A DNA stretch of 64,000 nt from a virus: the IMG/VR virus record IMGVR_UViG_3300035698_017437, positions 64,001 through 128,000 of that record; one strand, written 5' to 3'. Positions within the stretch are counted from its first letter, which is position 1, and each line of letters starts with the position of its first letter. This document shows positions 19,260 to 28,159 of the stretch, one piece after another. Both the position numbers and the translations under genes were made by a program. The notes under the pieces are model-generated. The model made no database searches, was not told the origin of the DNA, and was given only the letters and a program-made list of their open reading frames with translations.

Positions 19260-19748
19260 ATGACGAATTTGCTTGAATTTATTCCTGAGGAACTTTTGGC
19301 TCCACATTCTATTGATGATAGATGGTATACTTCCAAATTTTATAATTTGAAGATTATGCCTTGTAGATCTATGGGTTGTAGGGGAGAAAAGATAGTTGAA
19401 TCAATATATTCCATTTTTGAAAGAGATGTATTGAAAGCATTGAATAAGGGACATGATAGACTAATTGATTCCAAGAAAGTTGAAATAAAAACCTCAATGG
19501 TAAGTAAAGGAAAGAAAGAGAAATATAGTTTCCTTCAAATCCGTCCTTCAGATGATTATGAAGTGATTATATTCTTTACTATCAATTATGATTCTTGTTC
19601 CTTTTATGAATTGACCAAAGAGGAAGTGCTGGAACGAATAGAGAATGGATTATTCAAACGTCAACATTTAGGAAAGAATGGAGATTCAGGCACCTTTTCA
19701 TATAATGGCACTATGGAGAATCTTGGTGCTAGGGAGATTGTTTTTTGA
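19260..19748 (+). CDS. putative type II restriction endonuclease (PD-(D/E)XK)
   Basis: GHDRLIDSKKVEIKTS, FLQIRP.DDY; overlaps the MTase start. Confidence 0.65.
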   Translation: MTNLLEFIPEELLAPHSIDDRWYTSKFYNLKIMPCRSMGCRGEKIVESIYSIFERDVLKALNKGHDRLIDSKKVEIKTSMVSKGKKEKYSFLQIRPSDDYEVIIFFTINYDSCSFYELTKEEVLERIENGLFKRQHLGKNGDSGTFSYNGTMENLGAREIVF

Positions 19749-20827
19749 GCAAAAGACATACTTCACAAGATTTTCAACAAGCCAATGGACAATATTATTC
19801 CTCTAATACCGGAACTCTCTTATCTGGTTTTGAGAATTTCCTTGATAATATGAATATCATTGAGCCTTTTGCTGGAAATAAAGATCTAATAAACTGGACT
19901 ATTGAAAATTGTGATAATGTTTCTTTTTCAATGTATGATCTATATCCAACTGATGAGTCAATAACAAAAAATGATTCAATAAAATATCCTCCTTATAAGG
20001 ATGAAAATGGTATAATATCAAATCCCCCTTATCTTTCAAAGAACAAAAGTAAAGATAAGGAAGTTTTTGATCAATGGAATCAAAGTGATTTATATAAATG
20101 CCATCTTGCTTCAATAGTTGATAGTAAAATAGAAGGGGGTATTCTAATACTTCCATCAAATTTTATAAGTGAAAGCAGATCAAAAATAAGAGATTTATTT
20201 TTCTCAAAATATAAGATAGAGATGATCAAATATTTCTCTTATCCAGTTTTTGATGATGCAACGACAGGAATTATATCTTTCTCTTTCTCTTTATGGAAGG
20301 AAAAAAATGTTATGATTATTCCTTTTCATTTATATTCCAGCGAAAATGTAGTAAAGGTCAAAGAATATTCTTTGATTAGGAAATATGGCTGGTTAGTAGG
20401 AAAGAATTTCTTTGATTATATTTTAGAAGATGATTATCCTTTGAAATTAGAAATGTTGGAAGAACAACCGCAATCTAATTCAAATATTGTTATCGGTTTA
20501 TTGACAAATGGTAAATATTGTTTGGGAGCCCATTATAACGAAAAGGAAGCAATACGATCTAATGGGAAAGCATTTACAACATATCAAATATTCCTGAATA
20601 ATGACCTTTATTTATCTGAAGACGACCAAAAAGCTATTATAAAAAGATACAATAAGGTATTGAATGGTTTTATTGAAGAATATTCAGGATTATTCCTTGC
20701 CAATTATATGGGAGCAAACCAGAAAATCAAGAGTAGAAAATACTCAAGCCTTTTATTGAGTAGATGTATAAAGGAAATAAAAGGTATATACAAAGAAAAA
20801 AACGATTTATCTGAATTTATGACTTGA
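19745..20827 (+). CDS. N6-adenine DNA methyltransferase (gamma-type motif order)
   Basis: GQYYS, IIEPFAG (motif I), IISNPPY (motif IV), ILILPSNF. Confidence 0.88.
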   Translation: MSKRHTSQDFQQANGQYYSSNTGTLLSGFENFLDNMNIIEPFAGNKDLINWTIENCDNVSFSMYDLYPTDESITKNDSIKYPPYKDENGIISNPPYLSKNKSKDKEVFDQWNQSDLYKCHLASIVDSKIEGGILILPSNFISESRSKIRDLFFSKYKIEMIKYFSYPVFDDATTGIISFSFSLWKEKNVMIIPFHLYSSENVVKVKEYSLIRKYGWLVGKNFFDYILEDDYPLKLEMLEEQPQSNSNIVIGLLTNGKYCLGAHYNEKEAIRSNGKAFTTYQIFLNNDLYLSEDDQKAIIKRYNKVLNGFIEEYSGLFLANYMGANQKIKSRKYSSLLLSRCIKEIKGIYKEKNDLSEFMT

Positions 20828-20902
20828 CTTCTGATTCTATACATGGTATAATAGTATATACAGAATGAGAAAGATACATAATTCAAAGTGGAGAAACCCA
20901 TG
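20824..20902 (+). promoter_or_regulatory. early promoter/leader cassette copy
   Basis: TTGACT-17-TATAAT...AATGAGAAAG...TAATTCAAAGTGGAG. Confidence 0.9.
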
Positions 20903-21271
20903 AGACTTTCAAAAACAAGTGATTATATTGAGATTGATGAAAATGAAGATGTTGAAATTCTGTTCCTTTCAGATGAAGAATGGCAATCAAGTTTGAGTAA
21001 TAAATCTGCTTTAGCTTCTGTAAAGGATGAGGTTGCCTTTGCTGTAATGTCTGAGGAAATAAAATATTCAAGAATATTCGTCAATATAGATAAAGTTTAT
21101 GGAGTAGATTATGAGGTTGTTATTGCCCATGAATATTCACATATTCTTTTTCATGAAGTAGATGAAGAGAAAACAGATAGAAATTGTTTTCAATTTCTGG
21201 TAGAGAGTGAAATTGGTTGGTTGAAAAGTCAATGGGAAATCCGTCATGGACATAAATTTGAGGAGATTTAG
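20900..21271 (+). CDS. HExxH protein (putative Zn metallopeptidase)
   Basis: VIAHEYSHIL...E..TD. Confidence 0.5.
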   Translation: MRLSKTSDYIEIDENEDVEILFLSDEEWQSSLSNKSALASVKDEVAFAVMSEEIKYSRIFVNIDKVYGVDYEVVIAHEYSHILFHEVDEEKTDRNCFQFLVESEIGWLKSQWEIRHGHKFEEI

Positions 21272-21499
21272 AATGTTTGAAAAAGAACCTAAAGGATCAA
21301 TGTTTTTCTATTCTGGAAACACAAACAGAAAAAATAATGAGAATTGGTTCCAGTTCTCAGGAATTTACCAATTACAGGAAAAAAGGAAAATTGAAGATGT
21401 TTTCTGTGACATAATCAAACTCAAAGAAGATGAACTGAAAGAACAAGTTGTCCTCACAAGCATGAATAAAATATAATAATATCTTTGGAGGATATTAAG

Positions 21500-22141
21500 A
21501 TGAGTGAAATTTCAATTACAAGAGCTTTAGTGAAAATCAAAACCCTTCGGTCTAAGATAGAAAAAGGATCAAAGGCAATGGCAGTTTGTTCAGGATATCA
21601 AATTCAGGGACAACCAATTATTACAAGAGCTGGTCAAGTAAAAAATGCTGATATTCTTCAAACAGATATTAGTAAACGATGGCAAGCTGTGAATGATTTG
21701 ATGGATCTATATATCAAAATTCGAGAGGAGATCCAGAAATCTAATGCCGTTACTTTAGTTACAGTTGGAAAAAATAAAATGACCGTAGCAAAAGCCATTT
21801 TCATGAAAGAATTAATCTCGGATGAACGAGTTCCCCTTGCCTCTGTTGTTCTGAAAGATATCAATAACTCTAAACTACTGGTTCAGAAAAGGATAGAGGA
21901 TAATGATGAACGACTAACCGAACTTATCAAAAGCTCATTTCAAGGGAAATCAACTAAAATCTCTGATTCTGAATTTGAAGCAATTGCCAAACCTTTCAAT
22001 AAGAATAACAAAGTTGAATTCATTGATCCTTTTGGTATGGAAACAAAAATTGAAAAGGTTATTAATCAAAATGAAGAATTCCTTGAGGATATTGATGTTG
22101 TGTTAAGTGAATCTAACGCAAAAACAACGATTGAAATATAA
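21500..22141 (+). CDS. coiled-coil protein, DIP1984-like
   Basis: ISITRALVKIKTL...IQKSNAVT.V...MTVAKAI...DVVLSESNAKTTIEI two-repeat helical pattern. Confidence 0.6.
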   Translation: MSEISITRALVKIKTLRSKIEKGSKAMAVCSGYQIQGQPIITRAGQVKNADILQTDISKRWQAVNDLMDLYIKIREEIQKSNAVTLVTVGKNKMTVAKAIFMKELISDERVPLASVVLKDINNSKLLVQKRIEDNDERLTELIKSSFQGKSTKISDSEFEAIAKPFNKNNKVEFIDPFGMETKIEKVINQNEEFLEDIDVVLSESNAKTTIEI

Positions 22142-22175
22142 GGGGAGTCATATCTAACAGATATAAATAAGTACA

Positions 22176-22476
22176 TAAAGTATTATATTGAAACTGACTA
22201 AAAAGATATTCTCCTCAAATTGGAATAAGAGGTTAACATAAATTCCGCAACTAATTGCCTCAAACGCAATCTATTGATACAGCCTATAAAGCTGAACCGT
22301 TTCTGTAAAGTTTACAAAATCAAAAGATTAATGTTCAACAATTAGCGAGAAAAGTTTATACAATTACACCAAGAAAAATTAGAGAATAAAGATTGATTGA
22401 ATCTTGTGTATGGGTTTAGTAGGAAATTAGAATATCACGTCCTCAGTCAGTACCATCAAGCTGATAGAATACTTTA
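22176..22476 (+). ncRNA. structured RNA of about 300 nt downstream of the coiled-coil gene
   Basis: nested long-range pairs taaagtatt/aatacttta, ctgact/agtcag, gatattct/agaatatc, actaa/ttagt; TATAAATA at 22162; no ORF. Confidence 0.7.
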
Positions 22477-22484
22477 CTTTTTAT

Positions 22485-22561
22485 GGCGCAATAGCCCAAT
22501 TGGCAGAGGCAATGGTTTTAGAAATCATGTGTTGTAGGTTCAACTCCTACTTGCGCTACCA
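22485..22561 (+). tRNA. tRNA-Leu(TAG), short variable loop
   Basis: ggcgcaa/ttgcgct, atggt-tttagaa-atcat, ACCA. Confidence 0.85.
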
Positions 22562-22577
22562 TAAATTATAAATAAGA

Positions 22578-22652
22578 GCGTTCTTAGTATAAAGGTTATT
22601 ATTCTTGGCTTCCACCCAGGAGATGAGGTTTCGAGATCCTCAGAACGCTCCA
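22578..22652 (+). tRNA. tRNA-Gly(TCC)
   Basis: gcgttct/agaacgc-TCCA, cttgg-cttccac-ccagg. Confidence 0.85.
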
Positions 22653-22662
22653 ATAGTTTTAT

Positions 22663-22730
22663 GTTCCTCAGGAGGCAGAGTCGATGACTTAATCATATTG
22701 TCGGAGATTCGAATCCTTCCTGAGGAACCA
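22663..22730 (+). ncRNA. degenerate tRNA-like element
   Basis: ttcctcagga/tcctgaggaa-CCA, TTCGAAT T-loop, shrunken atga-cttaa-tcat arm, no D stem. Confidence 0.5.
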
Positions 22731-22738
22731 AATTTTAT

Positions 22739-22814
22739 AGCGGGATAGAGCAGTTGGTAGCTTGCCAGCCTCATAAGCTGGAGGTCGGGAGTTCGAATCT
22801 CCCTCCCGCCACCA
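22739..22814 (+). tRNA. tRNA-Met(CAT), initiator-like
   Basis: A1:C72 mismatch, ccagc-ctcataa-gctgg, ACCA. Confidence 0.85.
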
Positions 22815-22837
22815 AATTTTTATTCATAGGATACATT

Positions 22838-22999
22838 ATGAAAGAAGAAAAGACAGTGAATAAAGAAAAGAAGCCTTATACCTCTCCTAAACTTGTTATC
22901 TTTGGTTCTGTCACAGAACTAACTCAAGGTACAGGTGGATCATGTTATCCTCCTCAACCTCCTGGCTCTCCAGGTATGCCTTGGGATCCTTGCTCCTAA
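22838..22999 (+). CDS. RiPP precursor-like peptide with lasso-type leader
   Basis: KKPYTSPKLVIFGSVTELTQ|G matches YxxPxLxxxGxxxxxTx-G. Confidence 0.8.
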   Translation: MKEEKTVNKEKKPYTSPKLVIFGSVTELTQGTGGSCYPPQPPGSPGMPWDPCS

Positions 23000-23056
23000 A
23001 TGAAATAAAGTGTATAGCGTAAATGAGAATACCTAATTCAAAATGGAGAATCCAAA

Positions 23057-23662
23057 ATGAAATATTCAGTAACTAAAAATGGCGAAGCTTTATCTACTAA
23101 ACTTTATTCCTTTGATGAAAAAACCAGAACATTTTCTTCAAACGAGGAAGGTCTTGTTTTGGATTTCCATACTTTACATTGCGTTACATTCAATACAGGA
23201 TCATCTTGTACATTCAATACAGGATCATCTTGTACATTCACTACAGGATCATCTTGTACATTCACTACAGAATATAATTGTACATTCAATATAGGATCAT
23301 ATTGTACATTCAACTGTGGATCAGATTGTACATTCAAAACTGGATCATTTTGTACTTTCAAAACTGGAATATATTGTACATTCAATACAGGATCATCTTG
23401 TACATTCAATACAGGATCATCTTGTACATTCAATACAGAATATGATTGTACATTCAATACAGGAGCACATTGTATATTCAATACAGGATCCGATAGTGTA
23501 TTCCTTACAGAATATGATTGTACATTCCTTACTGGGTCTAACGGTGTGATTGTCCGTAGAGATATTTTAGAAGTTATTCATCTAGAAGCGGATGTACCAA
23601 TTGTACTGAATGGATATGAAGAAATGGGATACAAAGAGGTAAAGCAGTCAAAAATGAAATAA
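23057..23662 (+). CDS. octapeptide-repeat (CTFNTGSS) beta-solenoid protein, paralog 1
   Basis: about 15 tandem 24-nt units; N-terminus shared with ORF 37718. Confidence 0.8.
   Translation: MKYSVTKNGEALSTKLYSFDEKTRTFSSNEEGLVLDFHTLHCVTFNTGSSCTFNTGSSCTFTTGSSCTFTTEYNCTFNIGSYCTFNCGSDCTFKTGSFCTFKTGIYCTFNTGSSCTFNTGSSCTFNTEYDCTFNTGAHCIFNTGSDSVFLTEYDCTFLTGSNGVIVRRDILEVIHLEADVPIVLNGYEEMGYKEVKQSKMK
23180..23540 (+). repeat. 24-bp coding tandem repeat
   Basis: unit tgtacattcaatacaggatcatct. Confidence 0.9.
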
Positions 23663-23676
23663 ATTGTATTTTAGTG

Positions 23677-23753
23677 TTGACTTCTCATTCTATACATGTT
23701 ATAATTACATATACCGAATGAGAAATACCTAATTCAAAATGGAGATCAAAATG
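23677..23753 (+). promoter_or_regulatory. early promoter/leader cassette copy
   Basis: TTGACT-17-TATAAT...AATGAGAAATACCTAATTCAAAATGGAG. Confidence 0.9.
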
Positions 23754-24074
23754 AGCAATTCAATTACAGTAGAACATCCTTCCTTCCGACAATGGTTTTC
23801 CGATTGTCAACTCATGTGTGACAAATATAACGCAAAGCAATTTCCCAACCTTGTAAAAAACAATGAAATTCCTGACCTTATAATTTCAAATAGGGGCCGA
23901 AAATATATCAAAATAATTCTTAGCAATTCTGTATGGGCTTTCATCAACAAAGAAAACGGTGATATTTTGAAACCTGCTTCTTGGAAAGCTCCTGCCAAAA
24001 TAGCCAGGGGAAATATATTTGATGAATATAAAGGAATGAAATCAATGAGTCCTTATGGACCAGCTTATCTTTAG
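23751..24074 (+). CDS. conserved phage early protein
   Basis: GRKYIKI..SVWAFI....GDILKPASWKAPAK.ARGNI motif. Confidence 0.65.
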   Translation: MSNSITVEHPSFRQWFSDCQLMCDKYNAKQFPNLVKNNEIPDLIISNRGRKYIKIILSNSVWAFINKENGDILKPASWKAPAKIARGNIFDEYKGMKSMSPYGPAYL

Positions 24075-24561
24075 GAGAGAAATATATGTTAGGTGTAATA
24101 TTTCCAAACGGAAGAAAATTCAAACTTGAAGTAGCTGAGTATGATATAGCCACTCATAGATCTATTATGAGATTTTCTAATATTGTTATTGAAGAGAAAA
24201 CAGGAAAGGTTATAAAAGATAGGTATCACAATTATATTGAAAATTATCATAATAGTTGGTGTATAAAGAATTGGCCTAATTTGGAGGATGTTTTAGATTT
24301 ATCAAATAAAAACATCTTTGAAAATGTGGACAGTAGCTTAATGATGTTGGCAATATACTAACAAACGTAATTCAATAATAGCTGGAGAGAAGCAATGGAA
24401 GATAGAAAAGAGATCCTCTTGAAAGCATCCTATGATATTCTCAAGAAATGTAGTGAGGGAATGTATGTTTTTGAAGCTACAGCCAAATGGGATGAGGCTA
24501 CATATGATGGATATTGTCTCATGGAAGATATTAAGGATGAACTCAACTTGGAAGATGAATA

Positions 24562-25224
24562 ATGAAAATGAAAAAGAAACTTGTTTATATTTCTAGTAGA
24601 TATCTCAACGGAAATCAGGCTGAAAATGTAGCTATCCAATTAGATATAGCACATAAGATTATGGATCTAGGTGGTATTCCAATTGTTCCTCATTTACATC
24701 ATTTCCTTCATATCCATAAACAACGTCCTTATGAAGAATGGACGGAAATGATGTTGAGATATATAGATACTGCTGATTGTGTATTTCATGTTCCATGTAT
24801 ATCCTCAAGAGTTGATAAAGAGATTTCTTATGCTAGAAAAAAGGATATTATGGTTTTTCATGATATCCTGTACCTTGAGCAATTTCTTCAGAGTCGTACA
24901 GGAAGAACGACTAAAATTCTTGAAGATGTCTTGGATATTGCTGATACAACGAAAGATGGTTTTATGTGTTTTTGTTGTAATACTATTGGTCATAGGAATG
25001 TGTTAATCTCTATGGCCAAGAAAATTGCTAGGTCAAAAGGTATCAATTTTCTATTAAAGGAAAATATTCTGAGAATAGGATCAACTATCATAGTTTTCAC
25101 TGTTGAATTGCGGACCTTAGATTCCTTCATTCAGCATGCTATGAGAATACCTAAATTTGGAGTTTGGAAGGATCATTGTAACATGTATGATTGGTTACCT
25201 CAGAATGGATGGATAGATAAATAA
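24562..25224 (+). CDS. DUF4406/nucleoside deoxyribosyltransferase-like N-domain protein
   Basis: VYISSRY..G...ENV, PIVPH, EI.YA. Confidence 0.45.
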   Translation: MKMKKKLVYISSRYLNGNQAENVAIQLDIAHKIMDLGGIPIVPHLHHFLHIHKQRPYEEWTEMMLRYIDTADCVFHVPCISSRVDKEISYARKKDIMVFHDILYLEQFLQSRTGRTTKILEDVLDIADTTKDGFMCFCCNTIGHRNVLISMAKKIARSKGINFLLKENILRIGSTIIVFTVELRTLDSFIQHAMRIPKFGVWKDHCNMYDWLPQNGWIDK

Positions 25225-25422
25225 TATGAATACAACTACATTAGTGCAAAAGAAAGCTTTTATCAAAAAGTTATCTGCTCTACTCAAGAGGTCAAAGGTT
25301 ATCATTGAAATTGATGTTGAGGAAAGTCCTACAATTATGGCAGTTTTTGAGGATGGGACAGAAACAGAACTTTTAGGTATATTCAATAACAAAACCCTAG
25401 ATAAATTACTAAAGGACATCAA

Positions 25423-25767
25423 ATGAAATCATACGACGAAATAAACGAGGAAACTCCTCTTGACAGAGCAATGAAGAATATTGGAGTAAAAGTAATCAAG
25501 AACCCGAAATATAAAAGTACGATGTCTAAAAATGATTATATTCATCATATTCAAGCTTTAGATCAAATTACTTCTACACATAAAGATGCCATTCAAATGG
25601 TCAATGACAAGAAAACTCTTGATGATACCAGTAGAAAATGGATCACTAAAGCAGTAAATGCTATTGAAAAATTAGATTCTAAAGATTCCGCTCCTTTTGA
25701 GAAACTTATGAAAAAATCCTCTGGAATCAATTTCAAAGAGTTTTTGAAACTGACAAAGAAAAAGTGA
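25423..25767 (+). CDS. candidate internal head protein
   Basis: MKSYDEINE|E N-terminus. Confidence 0.45.
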   Translation: MKSYDEINEETPLDRAMKNIGVKVIKNPKYKSTMSKNDYIHHIQALDQITSTHKDAIQMVNDKKTLDDTSRKWITKAVNAIEKLDSKDSAPFEKLMKKSSGINFKEFLKLTKKK

Positions 25768-25795
25768 CATATCTTCATTTTTATAAAGAAAATGG

Positions 25796-25873
25796 TTGAC
25801 TTCTCATTTCTTATATGTTATAATTGTGTATAAGAAATGATAAACACCTAATTCAATATGGAGATTCATTATG
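25796..25873 (+). promoter_or_regulatory. early promoter/leader cassette copy
   Basis: TTGACT-17-TATAAT...CCTAATTCAATATGGAG. Confidence 0.88.
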
Positions 25874-26755
25874 GGCGGAAACATTTTCCAAAACACTACA
25901 ACCATCAAAAAAGAAAATATCACTTTCACTGTTGAAGCATATATCCAGGAAATGAGGAAAATGTTTTCTTGGTTTCCTGAAACTTCCCTCCTTGGTTCTG
26001 CTGGCAAAAAAGATATATCTGGCGATATTGATATGGCTGTGGATATGTCTATCCTTCGTTCTAACGCTAGGGATACCTTTGGTAATAGTACCATTCAAAA
26101 AACCTTTGAAGTGCTCAAGAACCGATCAAGAACATCTTCAGATGAACAATTGGAAGACAAAGCAATCCTCCAATTGATGGGAGGGATAATTTCTTCAGAA
26201 AGTAGTATGATAAAAGTCGATGAGAAAAAGATTGGATTGAATTGTCTTTTTTCTTGTTTTCCTATTCATGATGAAAATGGAATCACTGAGGAATGGGTCC
26301 AAGTTGATTGGCTTGTGGGTAATATTGAGTGGTTGAATTTTTCATATTATTCAGATGTATATGATGAGAATGTTCGGGGGCTCCATAGGACACAACTAAT
26401 GTTAGCAACATTCAAAGCTTTTGATCTTTCATTTATTCACGGATCAGGAATCAAAAATAGTAAACATGAATTTCTTGCTTCCACTCCTAGAGAAGCAATT
26501 TATCTTTTGAATGGAGTATCTGGAGCAGAATTCAATCAAGATATTCTCTCAAATTTCTTCCTTCTTTATAATCATATAGAAAAATATCTTTTCACTAAGG
26601 ATATTCAAAAAATCAAAAATATTTATTTGTCTATTTTAGATAAAACTAGATGTGATATTCCAGAATGTCTCCAAGATTATTGGTCCTCACATAAAGAAGA
26701 TCTGAAGTTGACAGGAAAATTTCTCCCTGCTGATTCAAACTTATATCATAATTGA
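25871..26755 (+). CDS. Pol-beta superfamily nucleotidyltransferase
   Basis: LGSAGKKDISGDIDMAVD (GS..DxD), third Asp in VQVDW. Confidence 0.75.
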   Translation: MGGNIFQNTTTIKKENITFTVEAYIQEMRKMFSWFPETSLLGSAGKKDISGDIDMAVDMSILRSNARDTFGNSTIQKTFEVLKNRSRTSSDEQLEDKAILQLMGGIISSESSMIKVDEKKIGLNCLFSCFPIHDENGITEEWVQVDWLVGNIEWLNFSYYSDVYDENVRGLHRTQLMLATFKAFDLSFIHGSGIKNSKHEFLASTPREAIYLLNGVSGAEFNQDILSNFFLLYNHIEKYLFTKDIQKIKNIYLSILDKTRCDIPECLQDYWSSHKEDLKLTGKFLPADSNLYHN

Positions 26756-26763
26756 TTTTACTG

Positions 26764-26828
26764 TTGACTTATCATTCTATACATGTTATAATAGTATACA
26801 CCTAATTCAAAATGGAGAAAATATTATG
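26764..26828 (+). promoter_or_regulatory. early promoter/leader cassette copy
   Basis: TTGACT-17-TATAAT...CCTAATTCAAAATGGAG. Confidence 0.9.
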
Positions 26829-27671
26829 AGTGGAGTTTGCGGTTCGCCTAAGATAACAAGAGAAGATTTCAAATTCATCTATAGAAACTGGATTGATATG
26901 ATTCGTCAAGAATATGAACCTTTCAAATATTCTTTGCTTACAGGTTCTTACTTTGATGAAACAAAACAACTCTTCGGTGATATTGATAATATATTTCTTG
27001 TTGAAGGAGATAATAAAAAACAATCCAAACTTGATTTCATTGAATGGCTGAAAACCATTCCTGAAGGAATTCTTGAACCTTTTGAGAATCCAAAACATCT
27101 TGGAAAACTCTGGTACAATTCTGGAGAAATCGTTTCTGTTCGTTTCCAAGGAGCTCAAATAGATAATATTTTCGCTTTATCTGAAAATGAAGCTAAATAC
27201 AAGAAAGCGTTCCTAGATATGGAAGCTCCTAAACAAGGACTAATTCTAGGACTTATCAAGACTATTTTGCTTGAACTTCCTGTGAGACAAACATTACATG
27301 ATATGGCTATTATTGTTGCTCCATTGAATGAAAATTGGGAATATGAATTTAATATTTCTCCTTGTGAACTTCAATTGAGAAAAGTTCATATGGATTATGT
27401 GACAATGAAAACAATCCATAGTGAAATTGTTTGGAGGAGTAAAGATTGGAATTATGTACTAGGGCTCCTAAAGGATTATGCTATTCAAAATAAATCTTTT
27501 GAATCTCTTTTGACTCTTTCCGGAGACTTGATAAAAAAGGAAAGAAGCCGTAAAAGAATCATAGGACTGTTTCAAGCAATGATCACCATTAAAAGTGGTG
27601 AGGTTGGAACACCTAAAGGACAACGCAAAACAGATACTCTACAAATGATCAAGGATAAATTTGAAAAATAA
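26826..27671 (+). CDS. Pol-beta superfamily nucleotidyltransferase
   Basis: LTGSY......FGDIDNI, AQIDN. Confidence 0.7.
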   Translation: MSGVCGSPKITREDFKFIYRNWIDMIRQEYEPFKYSLLTGSYFDETKQLFGDIDNIFLVEGDNKKQSKLDFIEWLKTIPEGILEPFENPKHLGKLWYNSGEIVSVRFQGAQIDNIFALSENEAKYKKAFLDMEAPKQGLILGLIKTILLELPVRQTLHDMAIIVAPLNENWEYEFNISPCELQLRKVHMDYVTMKTIHSEIVWRSKDWNYVLGLLKDYAIQNKSFESLLTLSGDLIKKERSRKRIIGLFQAMITIKSGEVGTPKGQRKTDTLQMIKDKFEK

Positions 27672-28146
27672 AATAGGAATTTATTTAGGAAGGTTTCAGC
27701 CTCCTACAAAAGCACATTTAGCAATAATCAAACAAATGTCTGGTGATGGTCCAGGAACAGTTTATATTGTAGAAGGTAAGAAATCTAATCCTAAAAAGAA
27801 TCCATGGACAGGAAAAGAAAGAAAAGATCTTCTGAAAAAGATGTTGCCATCAAATATCAAAGTTGAAATAGTTCCAACAGGTTTCTATCCAGGTATATGT
27901 AACAAATCCAAACATAATGATTTTGCTTTGTATTGCGGTTCTGATAGAATTGCTACATATGAAAAACAAGAACAATATCTAGAACCTGGTAAAACCATTA
28001 GCTATAGAGAGGTAAAGCGAACTGATGAAGATATAAGTGCTACAAGACTTAGAAGAGCACTCCAGAGTGATAATGAAAAAGTGTTCAGAGAAATGGCTCC
28101 TAAAGAAATATGGGACCAATATGAAACAATGAAGGGTAAATACTAG
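27661..28146 (+). CDS. HxGH-type cytidylyl/adenylyltransferase-like protein
   Basis: GRFQPPTKAH, KNP, GSDR, ISATRLR. Confidence 0.85.
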   Translation: MKNKIGIYLGRFQPPTKAHLAIIKQMSGDGPGTVYIVEGKKSNPKKNPWTGKERKDLLKKMLPSNIKVEIVPTGFYPGICNKSKHNDFALYCGSDRIATYEKQEQYLEPGKTISYREVKRTDEDISATRLRRALQSDNEKVFREMAPKEIWDQYETMKGKY

Positions 28147-28159
28147 GACTAGGACTAAC

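Noticed and set aside
23180-23540. 24-bp repeats (also about 37845-38135) as a CRISPR array or DGR template/variable pair
   Set aside because: Units are contiguous without spacers, keep frame as octapeptides, differences are not adenine-specific, and no reverse transcriptase or cas operon is present
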